Source of the DNA: an uncultured Parcubacteria group bacterium
Lineage (GTDB): Bacteria > Patescibacteriota > Minisyncoccia > UBA6257 > 2-01-FULL-56-20
Length of the DNA stretch: 52,345 nt
Direction of reading: 5' to 3'
NCBI GenBank assembly: GCA_903911245.1
Contig: CAIWCR010000017.1
Location: forward strand, 1-52,345
The notes beneath the pieces were generated by a model. That model did no database searches. It saw nothing but the letters and a program-made list of their open reading frames with translations, and was not told the origin of the DNA. Positions 27,176 to 38,037 of this stretch are shown one piece after another (positions within the stretch are counted from its first letter, which is position 1; each line of letters starts with the position of its first letter). A program made the translations under genes and the position numbers.

Positions 27176-28117
27176 ATGAAATTGATTGTTACTGGCGGCG
27201 CGGGATTTATCGGCAGCCATCTTGTCGATCGGCTTATAACTGATGGTCACGACGTTCTTTTACTCGACGATCTCTCATCCGGAAAATTAGAAAACTTTCA
27301 ACATCATTCGGAAAATCCAAAATTCAAGTTCATAAAAATAGATATCACCGAGCAAGAGGCCGTGAAAAATATCTTTATTGAATTCAAGCCCGAATGCGTT
27401 TTTCATCTTGCTGCAAATGCGGATATCGGGAAGAGCGCTCATGACGCCTCAGTCGATCTGACAAAAACATTCGCAACAACTATTTCAGTCCTCGAGGCAA
27501 TGAAGGCATCTGAAGCGAAACAAATTATCTTCTCTTCAAGTTCGGTGGTATACGGCGAACTTCCCGGACCCGTCACAGAATCAAGCGGCCCACTCCTTCC
27601 AATATCGAATTACGGAGCAGCAAAACTCTCTTCCGAGGCGTTCATTTCATCATATGCCGATACGTATGGTTTCCGCGCGTGGATATTTCGGTTCGCAAAT
27701 ATTTGCGGCCCCCGAATCTCCCATGGAGTTTTCGTTAACTTCCTACGATTTATCAAAGAAGACCCGACTCGGATTACGGTAGCCCAAGATGGGACGCAAG
27801 CGAAGCCGTATGTTTATGTTGAAGACCTGATAGATGCCATCATGATAGGATGGAAAAATGGAAAAGAAAAAATAAATATCTTTAATGCAGGAAACTCACC
27901 TCTTGTCTCGGTCAATGAAATTCTTGATATCATTCTCAAAGAAAAAGGCATTCCTAAAATCCAAATCAATTATACCCACGAGCCAGCATGGGCAGGCGAC
28001 ATCAAAACCTATGCATTCGACAATACAAAATTAGAATCTCTCGGCTTCCATCCCAAATACAATTCTCTCGAAGCAGTCACCCTGACCATACAGAAAATCG
28101 CGGACACCCTTGATTAA
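27176..28117 (+). CDS. NAD-dependent epimerase/dehydratase (GalE-like)
   Basis: TGGAGFIGSH, HLAA, YGAAK. Confidence 0.9.
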   Translation: MKLIVTGGAGFIGSHLVDRLITDGHDVLLLDDLSSGKLENFQHHSENPKFKFIKIDITEQEAVKNIFIEFKPECVFHLAANADIGKSAHDASVDLTKTFATTISVLEAMKASEAKQIIFSSSSVVYGELPGPVTESSGPLLPISNYGAAKLSSEAFISSYADTYGFRAWIFRFANICGPRISHGVFVNFLRFIKEDPTRITVAQDGTQAKPYVYVEDLIDAIMIGWKNGKEKINIFNAGNSPLVSVNEILDIILKEKGIPKIQINYTHEPAWAGDIKTYAFDNTKLESLGFHPKYNSLEAVTLTIQKIADTLD

Positions 28118-28665
28118 TGCCCTCTTTTTTTACTACGCACTAACGAAGCCTTCGAATTATTCCTCAATGGAGCTGTTTTCTTTTTCACTGCCTTCTTAAC
28201 ATAGCTCCCCAAAAGCCACGAACTTGATTGTATTTTTCCCCCAGCACCGACGTTGAACATCATCTTACATCCAATTTTGCGACATACTGGCACTTCGGGA
28301 ATATTACCCAACTTCCGATCACCGCCATTAGCAAAGATGTCGGGCTTGATTTCGGCAAGCTCACGACACACGCTCATATCGTCAGTCCCTGGTTCGTGTT
28401 TGGTCAGAAAGACCCGATCAACACCGCGTAGAGCTTCAATTACTTCCGCTCGTTCATGATCGGGCATAAAAACATGCTCCTTCTTCTTTTTGAGCCAATT
28501 ATCGTTATTGAGAATTACCACCAACTCATCGCCAAGCGCCCGGGCCCGCTGAAAAAGCCTGACATGTCCGATATGGATCGGATCGAAACCGCCACTTACC
28601 GCAACAACCACTCTTTTCTTTTTTGCTGTTTTTTCTGCCAACTTCTTTATGATTTTTTTATTCAT
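28114..28665 (-). CDS. HxGH cytidylyl/adenylyltransferase (RfaE2/TagD-like)
   Basis: SGGFDPIHIGH, KPDIFANGGDR, SSS. Confidence 0.85.
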   Translation of the reverse strand: MNKKIIKKLAEKTAKKKRVVVAVSGGFDPIHIGHVRLFQRARALGDELVVILNNDNWLKKKKEHVFMPDHERAEVIEALRGVDRVFLTKHEPGTDDMSVCRELAEIKPDIFANGGDRKLGNIPEVPVCRKIGCKMMFNVGAGGKIQSSSWLLGSYVKKAVKKKTAPLRNNSKASLVRSKKRGH

Positions 28666-28739
28666 ATTAATTTTTGAGAAGCATCGTTTACGAAAGGCTT
28701 GATTTGATATATTCTAGATACATTGACCCCTTTATTATA

Positions 28740-30221
28740 ATGTCGACTATCAAAAAGATAAAGTCTTTTCTCTTCGAGAACAAGACCACAAAACAGACGA
28801 TTGCAAAGAATACCGCATGGCTTTCGATTTCGAATTTCGGGGGCCGCCTTTTTAAGGCAATTATCATAATATATGCTGCCCGCGTTCTTGGAGCGGCCGG
28901 CTACGGCGTTTTTTCCTATGCCGTAACACTTGCTGGATTTTTTACCCTTTTTACCGATCCAGGAGTTGGCGCCATTCTTATTCGCGAAGGATCAAAAGCG
29001 AGCCTCGAAGAACAACGACTACTTTTCTCGGCGTCGTTCCTCCTTAAAACCGTTTTTGTCGGACTGAGCGTGATGCTTGTGCTTTTTGTCGCGCCACTCT
29101 TTTCCACGCTTCCAGGGGCACGAGAACTCATCCCGCTTGTTGCTCTCATTATCCTCTTTGATAGCATCCGCGAACTGTTCTCCTCTTTTTTCCGCATGCA
29201 GGAAAAAATGCAATGGGATGCCGCAGCATTTCTTTTGGCAAATATCGGCATTGCCATAATTGGTTTTATTTTTATAAACATTAATCCGTCTCCCATCTAT
29301 TTCGGATGGGCCTATGTCATAGGAACTATGCTCGGCGCTATCGCCGCAATTTGGTTTATGCGTCACAATATAAAACATTTATTTGTGCACGTTCCATGGA
29401 GTCGTCTTAAAAGCATTCTTTCTGCAGCATGGCCATTCGCCATCATGGGAGCCCTGGGCATTCTTTTTACCAACACCGATATCATTATTATCAGCTGGAT
29501 GAAAACAGCAACTGACGTCGGCGTTTATTCTGCAGCAATTCGAATAATACAGGTACTTTATGTCATCCCCATGATTATCCAAATGAGCACACTGCCAGTT
29601 TTTGCACGTTTTGCCGGTAAAAATAACGTGGTATTTCGACAAGGGCTAGAAAAAACCCTCGGTCTTATCTTCCTTATTTCAATACCGCTTTCTCTTGGTG
29701 GCGCGATTCTCGGAACGTCAATTATGCAATTCGTTTTTGGAACACCTTATGCAATTGGCGGCCTGGCGTTTTCTATCCTTATGCTTGGTCTTTTCTTTGA
29801 TTATGCCGCTGGCGTCATTTCAAACGCCATCTTTGCGTATAACCATCAAAAGAGCCTCATAGCATCATCGGCAATTGGCGGAACAGCTAATATTGTTTTA
29901 GATGTCATCCTCATTCCGATCTTTGGCATTGCTGGATCCGCTATTGCAACACTCATAGCTCAGATATTAAGCAATACATACTTGTGGTATGCCATGAAGA
30001 GAATAAATCCATTTTCGGTATTACCTCATGTTAAAAAAATATTTGCAAGTGGCATCGTGATGGCGGCCATAACGATTACCCTCGCATTGCTTCATGTTAA
30101 TGTCATCATAAATATTGCAATTTCCGGAAGCGTCTATTGCGTCATGCTTCTTGCCTTGCGCGAGAACCTCCTCTTTGAAATGAAGAATATTTTATTTGGA
30201 GAAAAAGCTGAGGCCGTGTAA
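28740..30221 (+). CDS. Wzx-type flippase
   Basis: AKNTAWL, ARVLGAAGYG, VGVYSAA, many TM segments. Confidence 0.9.
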   Translation: MSTIKKIKSFLFENKTTKQTIAKNTAWLSISNFGGRLFKAIIIIYAARVLGAAGYGVFSYAVTLAGFFTLFTDPGVGAILIREGSKASLEEQRLLFSASFLLKTVFVGLSVMLVLFVAPLFSTLPGARELIPLVALIILFDSIRELFSSFFRMQEKMQWDAAAFLLANIGIAIIGFIFININPSPIYFGWAYVIGTMLGAIAAIWFMRHNIKHLFVHVPWSRLKSILSAAWPFAIMGALGILFTNTDIIIISWMKTATDVGVYSAAIRIIQVLYVIPMIIQMSTLPVFARFAGKNNVVFRQGLEKTLGLIFLISIPLSLGGAILGTSIMQFVFGTPYAIGGLAFSILMLGLFFDYAAGVISNAIFAYNHQKSLIASSAIGGTANIVLDVILIPIFGIAGSAIATLIAQILSNTYLWYAMKRINPFSVLPHVKKIFASGIVMAAITITLALLHVNVIINIAISGSVYCVMLLALRENLLFEMKNILFGEKAEAV

Positions 30222-30274
30222 AGCTTTTAAAAGCATCCGAGAAATCAAACAAGGGATGTCGTGTCTCTCCTTTC

Positions 30275-30301
30275 TGTCATCCTGACGAAAGCCAGGATCC
30301 A
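30275..30301 (+). repeat. REP-like palindrome
   Basis: tgtcatcctg-acgaaagc-caggatcca, between convergent genes. Confidence 0.75.
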
Positions 30302-30303
30302 GA

Positions 30304-31512
30304 TCAATTCTCTTCTTTTCCCACAATCTTTTCGATCACGGTCTCAACATCTTTTACCGAAGTCTTTTCTATATCAAGAATTTTCATTGTATCGACGATT
30401 GGCAACATAATGCGCGCATCGGTTGGAAATCGCTTCTGAGAAAATCCCTTTATATAGTAGGAATCCTTATTTACCAAGACAATTGATTGGCGATTGCATG
30501 CCAGCGACAAATGCGCAGGGAACGAATCAATACCAACAAAGAAGGTCGCGCCTTTCATAAGCGCACCAAACTCTTGAATTTTCATATCAGTAAGAATATG
30601 AACACTATCTTTGTTTGCCGGAGAAACAAGACCTTCTAGATATTCTTTCTGCGATGGCATTCCCGTTAACGCAACCAAAAAGCCTTGAGAAATGAGAAAT
30701 GTTATCAATTGCTGCCAATTTCCTTTCTTCCACGTCCGCTCAACATCAAAAGAAACCGGGGAAATAACGACATACGACCCCATTGCATTCATAAGATTTG
30801 CCGCTTCATTGTTATAAAATTCCTCGCAGAATTCCGCATGGGAAATATCAATACCCAGCGGTCGCAAAAGATTAAGATAATTCTTCCATTCTTCTTCTTC
30901 GAGATTATAATCAGCCCAATAGTCTGCAAAGAAGCTTTGTTCTGAAATATCAAAAGCAATCAGCGCGCCACCCAATTGACGCCATGGGATATTCGAGCTC
31001 GGTGGATAGGCGCGCGTATTGATTACCGCATCGTAGTGTCGTTTTTTTAGCTCACAAAGCACCGCATCATTTCTTTTCATAACGGCCACAATTCCTCCCG
31101 TTTTATTTTTTTCCCGCCCCATGAGCGACAACAAAAATGGATCTTCCCAGAAATAAATATTTGCAATATGTGAATTTTTTTCGAGAAGCGGCTTTGTTTT
31201 TGGATTGATAAGATAATCGATTTCGAGATCGGGATATTTCTTTTTGATAATCGACAGAAGAAAAGTCGAAAAAAGTACATCGCCAAACTGATCTATTTTC
31301 ACAATCAGAATGCGCCGCGGATTAGTCAATGTTTTTTTACCAAGCCGCATCCAGAAAAATAAAAGGTCCCCCAACAATTCAAACGGCCACTCAATGAGAA
31401 GATAAAAAAACTTGATGAACTTGGTAAGCTGCTTTTTCCAGCCGAATCGGCGACGCATGATATTGCCGCAGAATTTCCGCAATAGTTTCCAATGCTTTTC
31501 GAATATTTCCAT
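30304..31512 (-). CDS. GT9 glycosyltransferase (heptosyltransferase family)
   Basis: ILIVKIDQFGDVL, VGIDSFPAHLS. Confidence 0.88.
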   Translation of the reverse strand: MEIFEKHWKLLRKFCGNIMRRRFGWKKQLTKFIKFFYLLIEWPFELLGDLLFFWMRLGKKTLTNPRRILIVKIDQFGDVLFSTFLLSIIKKKYPDLEIDYLINPKTKPLLEKNSHIANIYFWEDPFLLSLMGREKNKTGGIVAVMKRNDAVLCELKKRHYDAVINTRAYPPSSNIPWRQLGGALIAFDISEQSFFADYWADYNLEEEEWKNYLNLLRPLGIDISHAEFCEEFYNNEAANLMNAMGSYVVISPVSFDVERTWKKGNWQQLITFLISQGFLVALTGMPSQKEYLEGLVSPANKDSVHILTDMKIQEFGALMKGATFFVGIDSFPAHLSLACNRQSIVLVNKDSYYIKGFSQKRFPTDARIMLPIVDTMKILDIEKTSVKDVETVIEKIVGKEEN

Positions 31513-31554
31513 AAGGGTATGGTATCATAAAGCAATAAATCATAAAACAAGAAA

Positions 31555-32133
31555 ATGGAATCAAACGAAGCCGCCATTGAGCATGTCTTTGCTGAACATC
31601 TCGCCGTAACAGAAGCAACGAAAACCGCTATTCCGACAATTCTTTCCATAACACAAGCGCTTTGCGATCTCATTGCGCAGGACGGAAAACTGCTTATCTG
31701 TGGCAACGGCGGCTCCGCAACCGACAGCGGACATTGGTCAGCAGAGTGGCGCGTCCGATTCAAAAAAGACCGACAGGCGCTTCGTGCCGAATCACTTGTC
31801 GCCGACGTTGCAACCATTACAGCAGCAGGAAACGATCTTGGATTTGAAACTATCTTTTCGCGACAAGTGGAGGCATCAGGTAGACCAGGAGACGTTCTTC
31901 TTGCAATCAGCACCAGTGGTAACTCAGCAAATATCCTCGCCGCCGCACAACAAGCAAAAAAACAAAACATAACGGTTATTGCGTTTACCGGCGGCACTGG
32001 GGGCGAACTTGCAAAGCTCGCCGATATTTCATTTATCGTTCCTTCCACCATTACTGCTCGCATTCAGGAAATGCACGAACTCGCAATGCACATCATTTGT
32101 GAATTAATAGATAAAAATCTCGGAGTGGAATAG
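31555..32133 (+). CDS. gmhA: Sedoheptulose-7-phosphate isomerase
   Basis: CGNGGSA, GND, STSGNS, RIQEMH. Confidence 0.92.
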   Translation: MESNEAAIEHVFAEHLAVTEATKTAIPTILSITQALCDLIAQDGKLLICGNGGSATDSGHWSAEWRVRFKKDRQALRAESLVADVATITAAGNDLGFETIFSRQVEASGRPGDVLLAISTSGNSANILAAAQQAKKQNITVIAFTGGTGGELAKLADISFIVPSTITARIQEMHELAMHIICELIDKNLGVE

Positions 32134-32199
32134 TTGTTTATATAAAAACCCCATGGACCCTGGGCAGTGACCCTCCCTTGCCATCCTCCGACTCCCCAT

Positions 32200-32229
32200 T
32201 GTCATCCTCCGGTTTAGCCGGAGGATCCA
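32200..32229 (+). repeat. REP-like palindrome overlapping the GT9 stop codon (half copy at 32179-32193)
   Basis: tgtcatcctccgg-tttag-ccggaggatcca. Confidence 0.78.
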
Positions 32230-33350
32230 AACATCGATTTCAATTTCTCATAAACCTCCTCAGTCGATATCGCTTGCATATTGGGACAAGGATAGGGACA
32301 TCTGCCATAAGTACAATGGTGGTTTTTTTCTCTACCCAGAATGACAACGCTATTCTTGCCGAGCGGGCGCCATCGTTTTTCATCCACAACAGAATTCATA
32401 AGATCAAGGGTTGGTATATCAAGCGCGCCCGCAAAATGGGCTAATGCGGAATCGTTCCCCAAAAACGTCTTTGCTTGAGAAATTATAAAATAAGAGCCTC
32501 GAAGAGATAATTGTCCAATTAAATTCTTTATGCGCCCATCATGAACTGAGTTAGCAATATAATCCCCTATTTCTTTCTCCTCCTTGCTCCCGAGTAAAAT
32601 AATATTGCCAGCATATTCATCAAGCGTCCTGCGAATAATTTTCGCAAAATATTCTTTGGGCCAAATTTTATAAGACAGGCCGGCACCTGGATGGATAACA
32701 ATATATTCTGATCCACCCTCCTTTTGTATCAATTTTTTACCATTTTCTTTTTCAACATCAGTCAGATAGATACGTGGTTGCCATTCAGTGACGCTCCCAC
32801 CAAGCGATGAAATTATTTTTTCATAGCGCTTACTCTCGTGAACGCTTCTGTCATACTGAAGTGGGATCGTATAAAGAAATCCTCCGACTTCTTCCTTTTC
32901 AAATCCAATCCGATTTGCCGCTCCGCTCAAAAATCCCAAAAGCGCCGCAAACGGCTCCCCGCGAAGATCAATGGTTAAATCATATTTTTTTCTTCGGATG
33001 ATTCTGATAAGCGCAAAAAGGTCTTTCATTTTTGCCGGCGTCTTCCCACGATACATTCGAGGATAGTTAAACTTTATAATCTCTTCAACGAACGGATTAT
33101 TTTCGAAAACCGCCGCAGAACTTTCTTGGCACACTACATCAATATTTGCATTCGGAAATACATTTTTCAGATGTTCAAAAATAGGAGTGCTCAAAAAACA
33201 GTCCCCGAGTTGATCGAGCTTGATGATGAGAATCTTTATTGAAGCATTCCTATTTATGAGAAGCGTTTTTCCCCTTAAAAAAAATCTCCCGATGGCGTCA
33301 ATGACATTGGCGCATCGCGCAACGGTTGTATTGGTATAGCTATATTGCAT
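32214..33350 (-). CDS. GT9 glycosyltransferase (heptosyltransferase family)
   Basis: KLDQLGD, IHPGAG...KIWP, GNDSALAHFA. Confidence 0.9.
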   Translation of the reverse strand: MQYSYTNTTVARCANVIDAIGRFFLRGKTLLINRNASIKILIIKLDQLGDCFLSTPIFEHLKNVFPNANIDVVCQESSAAVFENNPFVEEIIKFNYPRMYRGKTPAKMKDLFALIRIIRRKKYDLTIDLRGEPFAALLGFLSGAANRIGFEKEEVGGFLYTIPLQYDRSVHESKRYEKIISSLGGSVTEWQPRIYLTDVEKENGKKLIQKEGGSEYIVIHPGAGLSYKIWPKEYFAKIIRRTLDEYAGNIILLGSKEEKEIGDYIANSVHDGRIKNLIGQLSLRGSYFIISQAKTFLGNDSALAHFAGALDIPTLDLMNSVVDEKRWRPLGKNSVVILGREKNHHCTYGRCPYPCPNMQAISTEEVYEKLKSMFGSSG

Positions 33351-33425
33351 ATTCTTTTAAACCACGAAGGCGAAATTTTTAAATGCCTAAAAAATCTTCT
33401 CGCGCCATATCTAGCTCTTGGCGCT

Positions 33426-34307
33426 TCATTTATCGGTCAAAACATTTTCAACCCTTGCTTTTATATCACTAGTTGTGAGATGGAAAAAAGCGTCGAGATC
33501 ATTCACTGTTCCGTAACAGTGCGGAAATTCACGAGGCACTCCTATGTACACTATCTCAACGGCTCGCGGAGCAACAGCAGACGAAATATCGACCGCACAA
33601 GCACCACTGTAGTATGGCTCACAGACAATTATCTTATCTCCATTGATATTCTCTCGTAATGCTTCATGATCAAACGGTTGCAATGTCGTGTAGTAAAGAA
33701 TAGTGACGTCCAAATCCCTGCAAGCCTCCTCGACTTTCTGAAGCATTGGACCAACGGCAATAATAGTCGCCCTCCCCCCCTTTTTAATAACATTTGCCTT
33801 CCCGAAAACAACCTCGCGGCTCTCGGGATTATTCTGAGTGGCTAATCTGAAATACGTCGGGCAGCCATTATCATATGACTGTTTAAAAAGAGAGTCGAAC
33901 TCCTTGTCCGTACCAGGAATGACAATTTCCATTCCCGGAATATTTTTCAAAATCCCAACATCTCCGGGGCATTGATGAGTACAACCCCATGACGCCATAT
34001 CATATGAGGCTCCTGTGCTTACAAAGTTTCCGCCCAGCTTCTGATAGCCAAAATCAATTTTGATTTGCTCCAAGGCCCTCTCTACCATAAAAGCATTAAT
34101 GGTATGCACAATCGGAATAAAATCTTGCAACGCCAATCCCGCTGCTATACTCACCATCGATTGTTCGGCAATACCAACATTAATAACTCTATCTGGAAAT
34201 TCTTTCTTTGAATTTCTAAATCCAAACGTTCCTACGTCAGCAAATAAAAGAATGGTACGGTCGTCTCTGATCACCTCCTCAATTGTAAGCGGAAACTGTT
34301 TTTTCAT
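33426..34307 (-). CDS. Transketolase, C-terminal subunit
   Basis: NVGIAEQ, GCTHQ. Confidence 0.9.
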   Translation of the reverse strand: MKKQFPLTIEEVIRDDRTILLFADVGTFGFRNSKKEFPDRVINVGIAEQSMVSIAAGLALQDFIPIVHTINAFMVERALEQIKIDFGYQKLGGNFVSTGASYDMASWGCTHQCPGDVGILKNIPGMEIVIPGTDKEFDSLFKQSYDNGCPTYFRLATQNNPESREVVFGKANVIKKGGRATIIAVGPMLQKVEEACRDLDVTILYYTTLQPFDHEALRENINGDKIIVCEPYYSGACAVDISSAVAPRAVEIVYIGVPREFPHCYGTVNDLDAFFHLTTSDIKARVENVLTDK

Positions 34308-35032
34308 AATTCTTTTATCATGTCCTCTAATTGTTCTGGGGTGGGATATTTATGCGTCCATTCTGGATTATTTTCCATGATTTTAATCCCCTTTCCTTTA
34401 ATTGTTTCGGCAATAATCGCCGTCGGCTTATCAATACTGCCATGCGTCAGCGCTTTGCATATTTCCTCATGATTATGGCCATCAATCGAGACCGCATACC
34501 AACCAAATGCCTCAAATCTTTTTTCCAAATCATGCGGGTTCAACGCCTCGTCCAATGAATGATTTTGATCCACGATCAAATAAAGATTATTAAGCTTGTG
34601 ATGTGCCGCAATCGCTGCCGATTCCCATATTGTTCCCTCGTTGCATTCACCGTCACCCACAATAACATATACTCTGCCATCTGATTTTTTTATTTTAATC
34701 CCTAAGGCCTCACCTACTGCTATCGGAAAACCATGCCCAAGCGATCCAGTAGACGCCTCAACAGGAAGCTTTGTTCGATCGGGATGCCCCCCAAATCTAC
34801 TTCCATTTTTTCCAAAGTTATCCAACTCTTTAATATCAAAATATCCTTTTTCCGCTAAAGTCACATAAAGCCCTATTGAAGCATGACCCTTGCTCAAAAT
34901 AAATTTGTCATTTTTTTGGAGAATTTTGTCATGCAAGACCCACATCAAGTCCAGGCATGAAAACGCAGCTGGGATATGCCCCTCTTGTGCTTTTGTTGCT
35001 ATTCTTAAGATTTTTTCCTTTAGGTGTTTCAT
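34304..35032 (-). CDS. Transketolase, N-terminal (TPP-binding) subunit
   Basis: LSKGHA, STGSLGHG, GDGECNEG, TIKGKG. Confidence 0.92.
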   Translation of the reverse strand: MKHLKEKILRIATKAQEGHIPAAFSCLDLMWVLHDKILQKNDKFILSKGHASIGLYVTLAEKGYFDIKELDNFGKNGSRFGGHPDRTKLPVEASTGSLGHGFPIAVGEALGIKIKKSDGRVYVIVGDGECNEGTIWESAAIAAHHKLNNLYLIVDQNHSLDEALNPHDLEKRFEAFGWYAVSIDGHNHEEICKALTHGSIDKPTAIIAETIKGKGIKIMENNPEWTHKYPTPEQLEDMIKEL

Positions 35033-35060
35033 AAATCAACAGCGAAATTATCCTACAAGA

Positions 35061-36098
35061 TCATTGTAAATCTATCATAATCCTTCCAGCCTGCCCCTTC
35101 CGAACCAAAGCAATCGCCTTATTAATATCTTTAAGCTTCACCCAATGCGAAACAATACCATCAATTTTCAGAATACCAGCATTATACAACTTGATATAAC
35201 GAGGAATTTCGACTGAGGGGGAAAATCCACCACCCTGCGTCGCCTTAAGCACCTTACCAACGCCGCCAAAAAAATGGTTGGCGTTTTCCAGCTCAACGGT
35301 CGCGCCTGGCTTCGGCTGGCCGATCATGATAAACCTTCCCGTGCCACTCAAAAGCGGTATAGTTTCTTTCATACTAGCTGGATTGCCTGACGTATCGATA
35401 ATAACATCAACTTCTTTGATGCCAAGTTTTTTATCAAGCGTTTCCCGTATTTTTTCTTTTTTAACATTAATAAAAAGCGTAGCACCAAGTTCTTTTGCTA
35501 CCTTTCTTTTATTTTCGTGGATATCAATCGAGATAATAGGATAGGCACTCACTAATTGAGCCGCTTTTATTAAATTAATCCCGAGTCCGCCGGCACCAAC
35601 AATCATCACGCTTTCGCCAAGCTTCAAGTCGGCTTCATTATTAATGGTTGCAAGAGCAGTGGAAAGACTACAACCGAGAAGAGCACATAACTCATTAGAA
35701 GTATCTTTCGGCACTGGCGTAATTCGATTTTCCGAAACAATTGAGTATTGGCTAAACGTCGTGATCTTGCCACTCCGTATTGTTTTCCCTTTGAACGTAT
35801 AGGTGGGGAAATCCGATTCAATACCATCGCCCTTGCGCCAATGCATTACCACCTTGTCTCCTTTCTTCACTTTAGTAACTCCAGGACCAATGGACTCAAC
35901 AATGCCACACCCTTCATGGCCAAGTAAATGAGGGACAAAGGCAGCATTGCCTTTATTTCCGGCAATTTCCTGAAGCTGTGAACCGCAAACGCCGCTCACT
36001 AAAATCCTGACCAAAACCTGGCCAAAAGATAAATCACCAAGACCCACTTCAGTAACCGTAAGAGGGTCGTCTATCTTCTCCAAAATAGCAGCCTTCAT
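35061..36098 (-). CDS. Zinc-binding alcohol dehydrogenase family protein
   Basis: GVCGSQ, LGHEGCG, GAGGLG. Confidence 0.88.
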   Translation of the reverse strand: MKAAILEKIDDPLTVTEVGLGDLSFGQVLVRILVSGVCGSQLQEIAGNKGNAAFVPHLLGHEGCGIVESIGPGVTKVKKGDKVVMHWRKGDGIESDFPTYTFKGKTIRSGKITTFSQYSIVSENRITPVPKDTSNELCALLGCSLSTALATINNEADLKLGESVMIVGAGGLGINLIKAAQLVSAYPIISIDIHENKRKVAKELGATLFINVKKEKIRETLDKKLGIKEVDVIIDTSGNPASMKETIPLLSGTGRFIMIGQPKPGATVELENANHFFGGVGKVLKATQGGGFSPSVEIPRYIKLYNAGILKIDGIVSHWVKLKDINKAIALVRKGQAGRIMIDLQ

Positions 36099-36146
36099 TA
36101 TTGAAAAAGTTTGTTTCCTCGTCCATTTTAGGCTAGAATCAACTCA

Positions 36147-36854
36147 ATGTCTAGCGTTGTCCTCTATCAGCATTTGGATCTCGGCGATGAGATTATTTGC
36201 AATGGGCTAGTTCGCGAATACTGCAGACACTACGATCAAGTAACCATTTTTGCGAAATTTCACAACTATGCATCAGTAGTATTTATGTTCCGCGATCTGC
36301 GAAATCTCACCATAATAAAAGGCGACCGGATATTCGCTAAAATATTTATTTTCGTAAATGCATTTAGAATTGGCACCTCTAAATATGATGAAGTAAAAAC
36401 GATTGGCTTCCCCAACCTTGATTGGGACGGAGAGCCGTTTGAAAAACAATATTATAAAAACGGTGGCGTTGATTTCATAAAGAAATGGGACAGCTTTTAC
36501 GTCAAACGAGATTTTTCGCGCGAACAGGCTCTTTTCGATAAAATTGCACCAAGAGAAAACTATGCCTTTCTTCATGATGATTCATCACGAAATTTCACCA
36601 TTGATCGAAAAAGAATTGACCAAAAATATACTGTGATTTTCCCCGAAAGAAATCTGACCGATAATGTTTTTGATTACTGCACCCTAATAGAAAAAGCAAA
36701 AGAAATACACGTCATCGATTCCTCTTTTATGTTTTTGATTGACTGTCTCCCCTATCACAATCCCAGCCAAAAGCTTTTCGTGCATCGCTATGCTCGAGTA
36801 GGCCCTATCTGGACACTTCCCGTGCTCAAGAAAAACTGGCAAATTTTATCTTGA
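36147..36854 (+). CDS. Hypothetical protein, possibly a divergent GT-B glycosyltransferase
   Basis: HLDLGDEII and HVIDSSF echo GT9 motifs; product is inference. Confidence 0.55.
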   Translation: MSSVVLYQHLDLGDEIICNGLVREYCRHYDQVTIFAKFHNYASVVFMFRDLRNLTIIKGDRIFAKIFIFVNAFRIGTSKYDEVKTIGFPNLDWDGEPFEKQYYKNGGVDFIKKWDSFYVKRDFSREQALFDKIAPRENYAFLHDDSSRNFTIDRKRIDQKYTVIFPERNLTDNVFDYCTLIEKAKEIHVIDSSFMFLIDCLPYHNPSQKLFVHRYARVGPIWTLPVLKKNWQILS

Positions 36855-36886
36855 TCTTAAGCCAGCTATGACAAAAAACACCCGGC

Positions 36887-37069
36887 TCATCGGGTATTTT
36901 TCTTGTCATAGTAATTGAATAATCCATAAATGGAAATAAAAGCTTTTCGTACTTTCGGAAAACGCCTTATGAGCCACCACACAAGGAGTATTGGCGAAAA
37001 AAAGATATAGCCCCAAGCCAATAATATTTTTTCATAAATATCTTCGACTCTATTCCCCTTCTTAATCAT
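36887..37069 (-). CDS. Small hydrophobic protein (60 aa)
   Basis: ATG 7 nt after the FkbM stop; one hydrophobic stretch. Confidence 0.4.
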   Translation of the reverse strand: MIKKGNRVEDIYEKILLAWGYIFFSPILLVWWLIRRFPKVRKAFISIYGLFNYYDKKNTR

Positions 37070-37076
37070 ATTCTCG

Positions 37077-38018
37077 TTATTCGTTTCTCTTACAAAAAAC
37101 AAAATTTTCGAAATCTCGAACGTTCGCGAGATCAATATCAGATATCCGCTCAAGGTCTCCTTCGTAATTTATAGCCCATGATTCATAGCCAAGTTCATAA
37201 AGCTTATCAATAGCGTTACGGGAAAATTTCTTTCCCTTCTCTCCGCCCCAAACTTCCATAACAAGGAGAGGAGAATTATTTTTGAAAAACTCCATCCCGC
37301 CATCTATTACTTTGCCTTCCCCTCCCTCCACGTCCAATTTTATAACGGTCGGCTTCTGATGTTTTTGTAGGTAGGATTGCAGCGTCGTAGATCGAATGCT
37401 CATCTCTTTTATGGTTTCGTTTTGATATGTCTTTGCAACATCACCAATCGTAGTGCCAAAGCCAGCCTTATCGCCCACTTCGTATAAAACCATATCATCT
37501 TCACGGTCCGACAAAGCAATTTCATTTTTATGAAGATTTTTCAATCCCTCAAGGTTTCCCGTGAGGATTCTGAATACGTCGGGCATTGGCTCAAAACAAT
37601 GTATCTCACCCTTCGTAATCAATTCTCCCGCCAACAGAGAATAAAAACCAACACTCGCCCCGATATCGTAAAAAATATCGTCCTCCTTTAGGTATTTAAT
37701 AAAAAACTTAATAAGTCTAAATTCCGGAGGGTCAAAGATAAAACCATAACGCAAGCTACTATCCTTGTTGACGAGAATCTTTTTCCCAAAAAAAGTTGTT
37801 GTTTTTGTTTTCAAAAAACGGAACTTGGTCAATTTTTGAAAAACATACCAAATATATTTTTCTCTCAGAAAAATAATTCTTTTAAATAAGTTTTTATAGC
37901 CTGGCCCGATATATGTATTCCAAAGGGCAAAACGGCTTTCTCTCTCTTTTTCACCAAGAAGAGAAAGGAGGCGCGAGGCCACTCCATCTAATGCCTGATT
38001 ATTGTTATAAGGTCTCAT
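37077..38018 (-). CDS. FkbM family methyltransferase
   Basis: YDIGASVG, FEP, KLDVEGGE. Confidence 0.9.
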   Translation of the reverse strand: MRPYNNNQALDGVASRLLSLLGEKERESRFALWNTYIGPGYKNLFKRIIFLREKYIWYVFQKLTKFRFLKTKTTTFFGKKILVNKDSSLRYGFIFDPPEFRLIKFFIKYLKEDDIFYDIGASVGFYSLLAGELITKGEIHCFEPMPDVFRILTGNLEGLKNLHKNEIALSDREDDMVLYEVGDKAGFGTTIGDVAKTYQNETIKEMSIRSTTLQSYLQKHQKPTVIKLDVEGGEGKVIDGGMEFFKNNSPLLVMEVWGGEKGKKFSRNAIDKLYELGYESWAINYEGDLERISDIDLANVRDFENFVFCKRNE

Positions 38019-38037
38019 TTAATTATATTCTACCACA

